DNA from: an uncultured Alistipes sp. | GTDB taxonomy: Bacteria > Bacillota > Clostridia > Oscillospirales > Ruminococcaceae | DNA: 64,000 bases | Assembly: GCA_964414745.1 (NCBI GenBank) | Contig: CAYPXB010000001.1 | Span: forward strand, 140,682 to 204,681 | Direction of reading: 5' to 3' | Part shown: piece by piece, positions 1 to 9,103 of the stretch | How the letters are laid out: each line of letters opens with the position of its first letter | Numbering within the stretch: position 1 is the stretch's first letter | Notes under the pieces: generated by a model | Database searches by the model: none | Told to the model about the DNA's origin: nothing | Seen by the model: only the letters and a program-made list of their open reading frames with translations | Position numbers and translations under genes: made by a program

Positions 1-1
1 T

Positions 2-1051
2 TGCGTACCGTATGAAACAGCGAAAAAAATGCGAGCGTCATACTACTTTCTGGGAGCTTTACTCGGAAAGTTTCACAAGGCAAGAGTTTCTATGCCGGGC
101 GGATGTCCTCTCGGTGACAGACCCATCGACCAGCATCTGAAGGCGTTTTCCGCTCTGGGGGCAAGGTATTCGCTCAGCCGCGGAATGATAGATCTTGAGG
201 CAGACAGGCTTACGGGAAGCCAGATCTTTTTCGATGTCGTTTCTGTCGGAGCGACAATGAACGCTATGCTCGCTTCTGTCAGGGCGGAGGGACTCACAGT
301 CATCGAAAACGCTGCGAAAGAGCCGCATATTGTCGATCTTGCGAATTTTCTCAACTCTATGGGTGCCGATATAATGGGCGCCGGAACAGATGTGATAAAG
401 ATAAGGGGCGTCAGATACCTTCACGGAACGGAGTATGCCGTTATTCCCGATCAGATCGAGGCGGGAACGTTCATGGTGGCAGCCGCCGCAACAAAAGGTG
501 ATATTCTTATAAAGAGCATAATTCCGAAACATCTTGAGTCCATAACGAAAAAGCTTGAGAAGATAGGCGTCAATATCGTGCAATATGATGACAGCATGAG
601 AGTCTGGGTCGACGGACCCCTTGTGAAAGCAAACGTTAAAACTACTCCTCACCCGGGATTTCCTACCGATATGCAGCCGCAGATAACAACACTGCTTACG
701 CTTGCGGAGGGAACGAGCATCGTTACGGAAGGCGTCTGGGAACAGCGCTTCAGGTATGTGGATGAGTTGCGCAGAATGGGGGCGGATATTACCGTCAACG
801 GAAAGATCGCACTCGTCGAGGGAACGGGAAAGCTCATGGGAGCGCCTGTCACAGCCTGTGATCTCAGAGCGGGAGCGGCTCTTATAATCGCGGGGCTTGC
901 CGCGAGCGGAATAACCGAGATCGATGAGATACACCACATTGAGCGCGGATATGACTGCATGGAGAAAAAGCTGAAAATGCTCGGAGCGGATATAGAAAAA
1001 GTCAGTGTTTTTGATGACGGGGAAAAATCGGATAAAAAAGCGGCGGTGTGA
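2..1051 (+). CDS. murA: UDP-N-acetylglucosamine 1-carboxyvinyltransferase MurA, 5' end cut by window edge
   Basis: The frame is open from base 2 (VPYETAKK precedes the ORF-track Met at 29). It has the catalytic-Cys loop PGGCPLGDRPIDQH and MurA-like sequence throughout. A terminator follows. Confidence 0.9.
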   Translation, partial: CVPYETAKKMRASYYFLGALLGKFHKARVSMPGGCPLGDRPIDQHLKAFSALGARYSLSRGMIDLEADRLTGSQIFFDVVSVGATMNAMLASVRAEGLTVIENAAKEPHIVDLANFLNSMGADIMGAGTDVIKIRGVRYLHGTEYAVIPDQIEAGTFMVAAAATKGDILIKSIIPKHLESITKKLEKIGVNIVQYDDSMRVWVDGPLVKANVKTTPHPGFPTDMQPQITTLLTLAEGTSIVTEGVWEQRFRYVDELRRMGADITVNGKIALVEGTGKLMGAPVTACDLRAGAALIIAGLAASGITEIDEIHHIERGYDCMEKKLKMLGADIEKVSVFDDGEKSDKKAAV

Positions 1052-1102
1052 GAAAGATTTGTTTCTGAGAGAAAACATCGTTTTGTAAAATAAATTTCAT
1101 AG

Positions 1103-1127
1103 CCGGAGCGGAAACTCCGGTTTTTTT
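1103..1127. terminator. Intrinsic terminator after murA, possibly also serving the convergent tRNA-Pro
   Basis: Hairpin ccggag-cggaaa-ctccgg followed by a 7-T run. It is flanked by A/T on the other side. Confidence 0.7.
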
Positions 1128-1185
1128 ATTAAAAAAGACTGCAGACCATTGAAAAAACGGTATGCAGTCGCTCGTAAAAACAAAA

Positions 1186-1262
1186 TGGTCGAGGTGACAG
1201 GATTTGAACCTGCGACCCCTACGTCCCGAACGTAGTACTCTACCAAACTGAGCCACACCTCG
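1186..1262 (-). tRNA. tRNA-Pro (anticodon CGG), CCA encoded
   Basis: Manual cloverleaf: acceptor CGAGGTG/CACCTCG, D-arm GCTC..GAGT, anticodon arm CTACG-TTCGGGA-CGTAG, T-arm GCAGG-TTCAAAT-CCTGT, discriminator A, then CCA. Length 77 nt. Confidence 0.9.
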
Positions 1263-1273
1263 ACAACGTTGTC

Positions 1274-1302
1274 ATTATAGCATAAATAAAGAGATATGTC
1301 AA
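1274..1302 (-). promoter_or_regulatory. SigA-type promoter for tRNA-Pro
   Basis: The minus strand reads TTGACA, 17 nt, TATAAT. The -10 ends 11 nt upstream of the mature tRNA 5' end. Confidence 0.7.
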
Positions 1303-1331
1303 GGGAAAGCGGAAAAATTTTGAAAAAATGC

Positions 1332-1360
1332 TTGACAAGATGATCCGTATGGTCTATAAT
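1332..1360 (+). promoter_or_regulatory. SigA-type promoter for ylxM-ffh-rpsP-khpA
   Basis: TTGACA (1332-1337), 17 nt, TATAAT (1355-1360). It is divergent from the tRNA-Pro promoter. Confidence 0.75.
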
Positions 1361-1406
1361 GTGTAATGTGATTTTGCATTACAAAAGGCTTGAGGAGCTT
1401 CCTATT

Positions 1407-1754
1407 ATGGCAAAGGAACTGAAATTTGTCCTGCTCCTGGATTGTTACGGCGAACTTCTTACGGAGTGTCAGAAAAATATGACTGAGCTTTATTATTGCG
1501 AGGATCTGACTCTCTCGGAAATATCGGAGATATACGGGATAACACGGCAGGCGGTCAGAGATATTATAAAGAGGACGGAGAGAATACTGGCTGAATATGA
1601 GTCAAAGCTCGGATTCGCGGAAAAAACGGGAAGAATGAGAAAATGCTTTGACAGGCTGAATGAGATGACAAAAGAGGTCGGCAGCGACGATCTGCGTCTG
1701 GAGATGGAGACTGAGATAAACAAGGGTATTGAGTTGCTGTTTGAAGCAGATTGA
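1407..1754 (+). CDS. ylxM: YlxM/p13-like small helix-turn-helix protein (UPF0122)
   Basis: LLLDCYGELLT...YYCEDLTLSEISEIYGITRQAVRDIIKR fits the YlxM family. It sits in the conserved position directly upstream of ffh. GAGGAG lies 9 nt before the ATG at 1407. The ORF-track start at 1359 falls inside the promoter -10. Confidence 0.8.
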   Translation: MAKELKFVLLLDCYGELLTECQKNMTELYYCEDLTLSEISEIYGITRQAVRDIIKRTERILAEYESKLGFAEKTGRMRKCFDRLNEMTKEVGSDDLRLEMETEINKGIELLFEAD

Positions 1755-1801
1755 AGATAATACAGCCTTGTCGGAAATAAAATTGCAGGAGGGAGAAAAG
1801 C

Positions 1802-3190
1802 ATGGCATTTGAGGGACTTTCGGAAAAACTGAACAATGTTTTCAAGAAACTTAAATCAAGAGGAAGACTTACCGAAAGTGATGTTAAGGAAGCTATGCGG
1901 GAGGTGCGCCTCGCACTTCTCGAAGCTGATGTAAGTTATAAAGTCGTAAAAGATTTTGTCGCGAAAGTCACTGAGCGCGCCGTAGGAGAGGATGTGCTTA
2001 CAAGTCTTACTCCCGGCCAGCAGGTAATAAAGATCGTTTATGAAGAGTTATGCGCTCTTATGGGCAACGGAAACGAGAGGATAAATTTTGCCTCCAAGCC
2101 TCCGACCGTCATAATGATGTGCGGCCTTCAGGGCTCCGGAAAGACGACACACGCGGCAAAACTTGCGAAACTGCTGAAAAAAGAGGGTCATCGTCCCCTG
2201 CTCGCGGCGTGTGATATTTACAGACCTGCCGCCATAAATCAGCTTCAGGTCGTCGGAGAGAAAGCCGATGTCAAGGTTTTTGAGATGGGTCAGATAAGCC
2301 CCGTGATAATTGCGAAACAGGCACTTTCATACGCGAAGGATTACGGTTATGATATTCTTATCATAGACACCGCGGGACGTCTCCATATCGATACGGAACT
2401 TATGCAGGAGCTGAAAGATATAAAAGAGGTCACGGAGCCGGATGAGATAATGCTCGTCGTTGACGCAATGACCGGACAGGACGCGGTAAATGTAGCGAAA
2501 GCCTTTGACGAGGCTGTCGGTATCACGAGTATCCTTATGTCGAAACTCGATTCGGACACACGTGGCGGAGCGGCTCTTTCCGTTCTGTCAGTCACCGGCA
2601 AACCTATAAAATATGTCGGAATGGGAGAAAAACTTGATGATTTCGAGCAGTTTTATCCTGACAGGATGGCGTCGCGCATACTCGGAATGGGTGATGTTCT
2701 GACACTTATAGAAAAAGCGGAGAACGTCATGACCCAGAAGGAAGCGGAGAAACTGACAAAAAAATTCAAAGAGAACAATTTTGATATGGATGATCTGCTT
2801 GACCAGATGAAACAGATCAGAAAAATGGGCTCAATGAAGAATATAATCGGAATGCTCCCCGGTGTCGGTTCAAAAATAGACGAGGCTGATATAGACGAAA
2901 GTCAGGTAGGACGCATAGAGGCAATGATAACTTCGATGACAAAGGCCGAGAGAGCAAAGCCGTCTATAATAAACGCGTCGAGAAAAAAGAGAATAGCGGC
3001 CGGCTCGGGCAATAAAGTCGAGGATGTCAACAGATTGCTTAAGCAGTTTGACCAGATGCAGCAGGTCATGAAAAAGATCACGGGGAACAAAAGCAAGATG
3101 TTCCAGAAGAGGGCGAGAAAACAGCTTGCCACGATGAATTTTGACAAGATGACGGGAAAAGGCGGCGGAAATCTGCCTCCTGTGGTCTGA
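1802..3190 (+). CDS. ffh: Signal recognition particle protein Ffh
   Basis: N domain, GTPase motifs GLQGSGKTT, DTAGR and SKLD, and a Met-rich M domain (MKQIRKMGSMKNIIGMLPG). Confidence 0.97.
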   Translation: MAFEGLSEKLNNVFKKLKSRGRLTESDVKEAMREVRLALLEADVSYKVVKDFVAKVTERAVGEDVLTSLTPGQQVIKIVYEELCALMGNGNERINFASKPPTVIMMCGLQGSGKTTHAAKLAKLLKKEGHRPLLAACDIYRPAAINQLQVVGEKADVKVFEMGQISPVIIAKQALSYAKDYGYDILIIDTAGRLHIDTELMQELKDIKEVTEPDEIMLVVDAMTGQDAVNVAKAFDEAVGITSILMSKLDSDTRGGAALSVLSVTGKPIKYVGMGEKLDDFEQFYPDRMASRILGMGDVLTLIEKAENVMTQKEAEKLTKKFKENNFDMDDLLDQMKQIRKMGSMKNIIGMLPGVGSKIDEADIDESQVGRIEAMITSMTKAERAKPSIINASRKKRIAAGSGNKVEDVNRLLKQFDQMQQVMKKITGNKSKMFQKRARKQLATMNFDKMTGKGGGNLPPVV

Positions 3191-3335
3191 ACAGGCGAAG
3201 TTTTTTAAGATTCAACGCGGCAAGTCCGCCTTGATATATAACCTGTATGCGGTCAGAACAGGGAGAAAACGGCTTAAGAAAATCGGTTTTTTTGTGAAGA
3301 GCTGTTAATATAAAAAATTTTCGGAGGTGAAAAAA

Positions 3336-3578
3336 ATGGCAGTAAAGATAAGACTCAGGAGGATGGGTGCGAAGAAAGCGCCTTTTTATCGCATAGTTGT
3401 CGCTGATTCGAGATATCCGAGAGACGGCAGATTTATTGAGGAGATCGGCTTTTACGATCCCACAAAGGAGCCTTCCGTAATTAAAGTTGACGCCGACAAG
3501 GCAAAAGACTGGATCTCAAAAGGAGCTCAGCCTACGGATACCGTAAAGTTTATTCTTGAAAAAGAAGGAATTCTTTGA
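3336..3578 (+). CDS. rpsP: 30S ribosomal protein S16
   Basis: [26 protein letters not shown] is a canonical S16 N-terminus. GGAGGTG lies upstream of the ATG at 3336. The ORF-track GTG at 3327 overlaps that RBS. Confidence 0.95.
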   Translation: MAVKIRLRRMGAKKAPFYRIVVADSRYPRDGRFIEEIGFYDPTKEPSVIKVDADKAKDWISKGAQPTDTVKFILEKEGIL

Positions 3579-3666
3579 TTAAAATGTTTTCTGCGGAAGA
3601 GAGGGAAAACGCGGGAAGATCCCCCCGTCCCTCACATTCCTGCGGGCATTACACGGAGGTAGCTTG

Positions 3667-3900
3667 ATGGAAGATTTATTACACGCGATCGTAGAAGGTC
3701 TTGTCGAGGACAAGAGCGCGATAAAAATTACGACTGACGAACCCGATGAAGAGGGCGTTATAGTCTATCATCTTACGGTCGCCCCCGATGATATGGGACG
3801 TGTCATCGGAAAGCAGGGAAGGATCGCAAAGGCGCTCCGTACGATAATGCGTGCGGGAGCGGCAAAGAGAGATCTTAAAGTTTCGGTCGTTATCGAGTGA
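3667..3900 (+). CDS. khpA: KH-domain RNA-binding protein KhpA (YlqC, UPF0109)
   Basis: GRVIGKQGRIAKALRTI is a GXXG KH motif. The protein is about 77 aa and sits in the conserved position after rpsP. GGAGG lies 7 nt before the ATG. Confidence 0.85.
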   Translation: MEDLLHAIVEGLVEDKSAIKITTDEPDEEGVIVYHLTVAPDDMGRVIGKQGRIAKALRTIMRAGAAKRDLKVSVVIE

Positions 3901-4022
3901 TTTTGATGTCATCCGAGGCGGCGCGGATGTAATCTGTCAGAAGATCATATCGTTACGGGACTTGGGTGTTCGGTAACGATATTGCTTTATAATATCATAT
4001 TTATATACAGGAAAGAAATAAA

Positions 4023-4832
4023 GTGAAATATATAGGAGCGGCCGCACTTCTCCTGCTCTGTCTTTTTACAGCCGAAAATTCCGGCATACTGAGAGTGAGG
4101 CGGGAGATCTTCAGAAAAGGCGGCATAAAAATAGCGCATATCGCCGATCTTCACAAGAGAAGATTCGGAAAGGACAACCGTCTGCTCTGTGACAGGACGG
4201 AGCGGGAACTGCCGGATATCATCATGATAAGCGGTGATATAGTCTCAAGAGACTGCAAAGACCTTGCCGGTGTCAGAAGCCTTTTTGAGCGGCTTGTCAG
4301 AATGGCACCGGTATATATGGTATTCGGAAATCATGAGGCGGATCTCGCTGAAAAAGTACAGCGCGAGCTTATAAATACCGCGGAAGAAACCGGTGTTCAT
4401 TTACTCAGAAATAAGAGCGAGGAGATCGCGGTAAAAGGCAGAAAGCTTAACATATGCGGCCTTGAGCTGAAATATTCCGTGTACAAGAAAAACGGCAGAT
4501 ACCGTGATCTTGACACAGTCGATACCGGAGAAATAAAAAGTCTCGTGGGGTCTGCGCCAAAAGATACGGAAACGGTGCTTCTCGTCCATAATCCGCTTTT
4601 TGCGCAGTCTTACTCGCAGTGGGGAGCCGATTACGCGGTGGCGGGACATGTTCACGGCGGATCGGTACGTATTCCGTTTCTGAATATAGGAGTCCTGTCG
4701 CCGGAGAGGAAATTTTTTCCGAAGTATACAAAAGGCGTCTATGATATCGGAGATATGAAGCTTTTGCTGTCAGGCGGTCTCGGGAAGCTGAGGCTGTTCA
4801 ATCCTCCCGAACTTGTCATCTATGAGATATAA
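4023..4832 (+). CDS. Membrane-anchored metallophosphoesterase (calcineurin-like, YkuE-like)
   Basis: N-terminal hydrophobic segment, then the motifs HIADLH, SGDIV, GNHE, VHNP and GHVHGG. GTG start with AGGAAAG 7 nt upstream. Confidence 0.8.
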   Translation: MKYIGAAALLLLCLFTAENSGILRVRREIFRKGGIKIAHIADLHKRRFGKDNRLLCDRTERELPDIIMISGDIVSRDCKDLAGVRSLFERLVRMAPVYMVFGNHEADLAEKVQRELINTAEETGVHLLRNKSEEIAVKGRKLNICGLELKYSVYKKNGRYRDLDTVDTGEIKSLVGSAPKDTETVLLVHNPLFAQSYSQWGADYAVAGHVHGGSVRIPFLNIGVLSPERKFFPKYTKGVYDIGDMKLLLSGGLGKLRLFNPPELVIYEI

Positions 4833-4835
4833 GGT

Positions 4836-4864
4836 TTGCAAAAGAGAGAAGTCTGTGTTATAAT
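4836..4864 (+). promoter_or_regulatory. SigA-type promoter for the GH95/GH26 pair
   Basis: TTGCAA, 17 nt, TATAAT, with a TGt extended -10. Confidence 0.65.
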
Positions 4865-4946
4865 ATATATGATATGCCGCTGAAAAAGGCAATTTTTGAC
4901 GCATATCTTTTAATTATGGAAAAATCGTTTCTGAAAGGAGAATATT

Positions 4947-7265
4947 ATGCTTACAGAAACTTTACTGAGATATACGAGCCCCGCCGGAAAATTCAATGAA
5001 GCTCTTCCTGTCGGCAACGGAAGGATAGGCGGAATGATCTTCGGAGGCGCCGATCATGAGGTCATAAAGATAAATGAGGATTCTGTCTGGTCGGGCGGTC
5101 CGCGCCATAGGGTAAATCCCGACGCCAAAGAGGGACTTTCCGAAGTCAGGGCATACCTTGCACAGGGAAATATCCGTGAGGCTGAAAAGACAGTTACCGA
5201 GAAACTTCGCGGAGTTACACCGAATATGCGACGCTATATGCCGCTCGGAAATATTTATATTGATATGGAGATTCCCGGAAAAGCAAGAGAATACCGGCGC
5301 ACTCTGGAGCTTTCAGACGCTGTGGCGTCTGTAAGTTTTTCCTGCGGAGACATCATATATAAGAGGGAGGTTTTCGTTTCCGCTCCGGATCAGGTTATGA
5401 TCATACATATAAGTGCCTCGGAGAAAGGAAAGATAAATCTTTCGTGCAACATCGACGGCAGGGATGATTACTACGACGACAACCGCCCGTGCGGAAAAAA
5501 TATGCTTATCTACACAGGCGGAACCGGAAGCCGTGACGGAATATTTTTCGCCGCCGCCGTAGGTGCGTCCGCAAAAGGCGGAAAGCTGCGGACGCTTGGC
5601 GGAAAGATCTGTGCGTACAACGCGGACGAAGTGATGATAGCGGTTTCGGTCCGCACAAGCTTTTACACGGAATTTTATAAAAAGTCAGCTGTTCTCGATG
5701 TTCAGATGGCTCTTCAGAGAACGTATAAGGAACTTTACGAGAGGCATACGTCTGATTATAAAGCACTTTTTGACCGCGTGACTTTCATTCTTGCGGACGA
5801 CGGCGAGGAGGATCTCAGTGAGCTGCCGACCGATGAGAGGATCGCAAGGCTTCGTGGAAATGAGCTTGACGACAAGGAATGCGTGCGTGATATCCATGAT
5901 AACAAGCTGATAGAGCTTTTCTTCAATTACGGAAGATACCTGCTGATATCCGCAAGCCGTCCCGGCACGCAGCCCATGAACCTTCAGGGCATATGGAACG
6001 AGGAAATGCTGCCCGTATGGGGAAGCAGATACTGCGTCAATGTCAATACGGAGATGAATTACTGGTGCGCGGAAAGCTGCAACCTGTCCGAGTGCCATCT
6101 GCCGCTTTTTGATCTTCTCGAGCGTATCTGTGAGAACGGACGCGTGACTGCGAAAGAGATGTACGGAGTCAACAGAGGTTTTGTGTGTCATCACAACACG
6201 GATATATGGGGGGATACCGCTCCGCAGGATATGTGGATGCCCGCGACGATATGGCCTATGGGCGGAGCATGGCTTGCGTTGCATATATTCGAGCATTACC
6301 AATATACCCTCGATAAGCAGTTCCTCGCCGAAAAATACCATATAATGAAAGAGGCGGCGGAATTTTTCTCGGAGTATCTTATTGAGAACAAAAAAGGACA
6401 GCTTGTCACAAGCCCGTCCGTGTCGCCTGAAAATACATATATTACGGCAGACGGCGTAAAGGGAAGCATCTGCGAGGGACCCGCCATGGACTGCCAGATC
6501 ATAACGGTACTGTACCTTGATGTGATTGAAAGCGCGAATATTCTCGGAATCGACAGGGAATTCTGTGAAAAGCTGGAAAGACAGCTTGAAAAGATACCTA
6601 AGCCCGAGATAGGAAAATTCGGACAGATAAAAGAATGGAGCGAAGATTATGACGAAGTCGAGATCGGACACCGTCATATATCACAACTTTTCGCGCTTCA
6701 TCCGGCTGACCTGATAACTCCGGACAAAACACCCAAGCTCGCTGACGCGGCGCGCGCGACGCTCGTAAGGCGTCTTATACACGCGGACGGCAACGGCGGA
6801 TGGAGTTTCGCATGGATAGCCAATATGTGGGCAAGGCTTTATGACAACCGCATGGTTTATGAAAATCTGAAAAAACTGCTCGCGTATTCCGTGAGCCCGA
6901 ATCTGCTCTGCAACCTTCCACCTTTTCAGATAGACGGAAATTTCGGCGGAACATCCGCGATAACGGAGGCGCTTATGCAAAGCTGCTCCGGAATCATCTA
7001 TCTCCTGCCCGCTCTGCCGGAGGTATGGTCTGAGGGCAGCGTAAAAGGGCTGCGTGCGAAAGGCGGATTTGAAGTCAATATAGAATGGTCGGAGGGAGTC
7101 CTGAAAGCTGCCGAGATCATTCCGGACAACGACGGGGTCTGCCGTCTGAAAACAAATTGTGTGGTGAGTATTCAATGCGACGGCGGGACAGTCGGATCGA
7201 GCATTGAGGACAGTGTCATTACTTTTAATGTTGAGGCGGGAAAGACATATACCGTCAGAGCGTGA
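4947..7265 (+). CDS. Glycoside hydrolase family 95 (alpha-L-fucosidase / alpha-L-galactosidase type)
   Basis: N-terminal [15 protein letters not shown]...[11 protein letters not shown], the central NLQGIWN and YWCAE motifs, and a length of 772 aa are typical of GH95. No signal peptide is visible. Confidence 0.85.
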   Translation: MLTETLLRYTSPAGKFNEALPVGNGRIGGMIFGGADHEVIKINEDSVWSGGPRHRVNPDAKEGLSEVRAYLAQGNIREAEKTVTEKLRGVTPNMRRYMPLGNIYIDMEIPGKAREYRRTLELSDAVASVSFSCGDIIYKREVFVSAPDQVMIIHISASEKGKINLSCNIDGRDDYYDDNRPCGKNMLIYTGGTGSRDGIFFAAAVGASAKGGKLRTLGGKICAYNADEVMIAVSVRTSFYTEFYKKSAVLDVQMALQRTYKELYERHTSDYKALFDRVTFILADDGEEDLSELPTDERIARLRGNELDDKECVRDIHDNKLIELFFNYGRYLLISASRPGTQPMNLQGIWNEEMLPVWGSRYCVNVNTEMNYWCAESCNLSECHLPLFDLLERICENGRVTAKEMYGVNRGFVCHHNTDIWGDTAPQDMWMPATIWPMGGAWLALHIFEHYQYTLDKQFLAEKYHIMKEAAEFFSEYLIENKKGQLVTSPSVSPENTYITADGVKGSICEGPAMDCQIITVLYLDVIESANILGIDREFCEKLERQLEKIPKPEIGKFGQIKEWSEDYDEVEIGHRHISQLFALHPADLITPDKTPKLADAARATLVRRLIHADGNGGWSFAWIANMWARLYDNRMVYENLKKLLAYSVSPNLLCNLPPFQIDGNFGGTSAITEALMQSCSGIIYLLPALPEVWSEGSVKGLRAKGGFEVNIEWSEGVLKAAEIIPDNDGVCRLKTNCVVSIQCDGGTVGSSIEDSVITFNVEAGKTYTVRA

Positions 7266-7286
7266 TCTGTGCGACAGGAGGGTCGT

Positions 7287-8990
7287 ATGAATCTGAAAAA
7301 AATAATGACCGCGGTGACTGCCGGTGTCATTCTGATGGCTGCCGCGGCGTCTGCGATAACGCTTGTCGGCTGTCAATCGGTCCCGAGGGTATCTGTCAGC
7401 CAAGAGAGCGATATATCGATAGATGAGATCCCCGAGAGTTCCATGTTATCCGAGGTGATCACGACAGAGCCGGCGCAGTCTTATCCGGATTATCCCGTCT
7501 CGTACCCCAAGATAGAGAAACAGTTTACGGGACAGACTTACGAGGCCGAGGAATGCGATCTCGGAGAGGGGCTTACGGCGGCGACGGAAAGGACAAATTA
7601 CAGCGGCGAGGGCTATGTCACCGGGTTTTCGGGAGGAAAAACCGGTCATCTTGATTTTGACGTCGATATGCCGAGCAACCAGCACTATGATATTTCATTC
7701 TGCATAGCGTCCGATTCTGTCAGTAACTGCGTTATCAGTCTCAATGATTCGGAGATAAGGCGCTTTGATACGACATCAGACGGTAAATTTACCGTTATCA
7801 CTCTTTACGGTGTCTTTATCGTAAAAGGAAAGTCTGTTATCGGGATATCCACAAAAGGCGATATTGACGTTGATTATCTCAAAGTCACAAGCAATACCTC
7901 GCTCGGAAAGATCGAATACGACACAGCGGGATGGATGTCAAATGAGAACGCCGGCGAGCCGGCAAGACAGCTTATGGGATTTCTTGCCGAAAACTACGGG
8001 AAATATATCATATCGGGGCAGTATGTCTCAGGCGTGGAAAACAAGGAGCTTGATTCTGTTTATTCCATAACGGGCAAGTATCCCGTCATAAGGTTTTCCG
8101 CTCTGGAAAATCCGGAGGATTCATTCGATGAAAACTATAAAGAGATCGATGCCGCGGCAGACTGGTATAAAAACGGCGGTATAATAGGCTTTATGTGGCA
8201 CTGGGAAGCTCCGGGCGAAAACTCATCCGTACTATCATCGGAAACGGATTTCAGGCTCGGAAACGCCGTCACTCAGGAGGATATCGCGCTGCTTTCCGAG
8301 GAGGAGATAAGAGGACTCTACGGAGAGGGAAAAATTTCCGAGGAATGCTACGGTATAATACTCGATATCGACAATATGGCAGGTCAGCTCATGACTCTGA
8401 AAGACAGAGGTATCCCCGTGCTCTGGAGACCTCTGCACGAAGGCTCGGGAGACTGGTTCTGGTGGGGTGCCGACGGAGTGGAAAATTATAAGTGGTTGTG
8501 GAAACTTATGTACAGGCGTATGACGGAGTATTTTGATCTGGATAATCTCATCTGGATCTGGAACGGGCAGAGCGAGAGCACTATCGTGGACAGAGATACG
8601 TTTGATATAGCGTCTCTTGATATATATCTGTCCGAAGGAGAAGATTTCGGAAGCCGATATGACAAATTCGCAAAGCTCCAGCAGCTGATAGGTTCCGACA
8701 AGCTCATAGCGCTCAGCGAGTGCAGCAGTGTTCCCAACGCGGATGAATCATTCAGAGATAATGCGGTCTGGTCGTTTTTCGGCCTTTGGTACGGAGATTA
8801 TCTTTTGGATGAAGAAGGCGGATTTTCAGAGAAATATTCGACAAAAGACGAGTTTATCCACAGCTATAATTCAAGCGGTGTGATGACTCTTGACGAGTAC
8901 AGGGAAATTCGCAGGCAAGAAGCAACATATGAAAATACGGCGGGCGCCGGCGAAACAGCCGGACAGGAATCCGGTCCGGCAGACGGGTAA
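7287..8990 (+). CDS. Lipoprotein with a CBM35/CBM6-like module fused to a GH26 (beta-mannanase family) catalytic domain
   Basis: Signal peptide with lipobox LVGC. YEAEECDL...YSGEGYVTGF is a CBM35-like signature. WHWEAPG and WRPLHEGSGDWFWWG are GH26 signatures. AGGAGG lies before the ATG at 7287. Confidence 0.8.
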   Translation: MNLKKIMTAVTAGVILMAAAASAITLVGCQSVPRVSVSQESDISIDEIPESSMLSEVITTEPAQSYPDYPVSYPKIEKQFTGQTYEAEECDLGEGLTAATERTNYSGEGYVTGFSGGKTGHLDFDVDMPSNQHYDISFCIASDSVSNCVISLNDSEIRRFDTTSDGKFTVITLYGVFIVKGKSVIGISTKGDIDVDYLKVTSNTSLGKIEYDTAGWMSNENAGEPARQLMGFLAENYGKYIISGQYVSGVENKELDSVYSITGKYPVIRFSALENPEDSFDENYKEIDAAADWYKNGGIIGFMWHWEAPGENSSVLSSETDFRLGNAVTQEDIALLSEEEIRGLYGEGKISEECYGIILDIDNMAGQLMTLKDRGIPVLWRPLHEGSGDWFWWGADGVENYKWLWKLMYRRMTEYFDLDNLIWIWNGQSESTIVDRDTFDIASLDIYLSEGEDFGSRYDKFAKLQQLIGSDKLIALSECSSVPNADESFRDNAVWSFFGLWYGDYLLDEEGGFSEKYSTKDEFIHSYNSSGVMTLDEYREIRRQEATYENTAGAGETAGQESGPADG

Positions 8991-9042
8991 GAGAAGAATC
9001 GCCGCACAGAGCAGAACGTAAACAAGCGGCGTTCCGTCAAAG

Positions 9043-9071
9043 TTGACAATCGCGGGGATAAGTGGTATAAT
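9043..9071 (+). promoter_or_regulatory. SigA-type promoter for the GT2 gene
   Basis: TTGACA, 17 nt, TATAAT, with a TGg extended -10. Confidence 0.7.
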
Positions 9072-9103
9072 TCGGTATATTACAGCGAAAAGAGGAAAGT
9101 TGA

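Noticed and set aside
1002-1256. 84-aa ORF overlapping tRNA-Pro. Likewise the 49161-49451 and 49249-49449 ORFs overlap tRNA-His.
   Set aside because: The sequence is explained by tRNA genes, terminators and promoters. There are no coding signals.
3191-3335. ffh-rpsP spacer as a ribosomal-protein leader or terminator
   Set aside because: It contains only a weak hairpin before a T-run (cggcttaagaaaatcgg ttttttt). I could not fold a convincing structure or read a promoter, so it is left unannotated.
5685-7403. Long antisense ORFs (330 aa and 240 aa) opposite the GH95/GH26 genes. Similar ones lie opposite murA (59-1078), pgsA (23267-24190), adhE (34188-35219), rimM/purB (40043-40834), the AKR gene (46099-46956), clpE (52003-52836) and glmM (62233-62982).
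   Set aside because: Each lies entirely antisense to a gene with clear family signatures. They have Arg/Ser/Cys-rich junk-like composition, no RBS or promoter, and no recognisable motifs. They are typical shadow ORFs.
8991-9042. Terminator after the GH26 gene (cgccgc...gcggcg)
   Set aside because: The stem is only 6 bp with a ~20-nt loop and no T-run, which is too weak to call.
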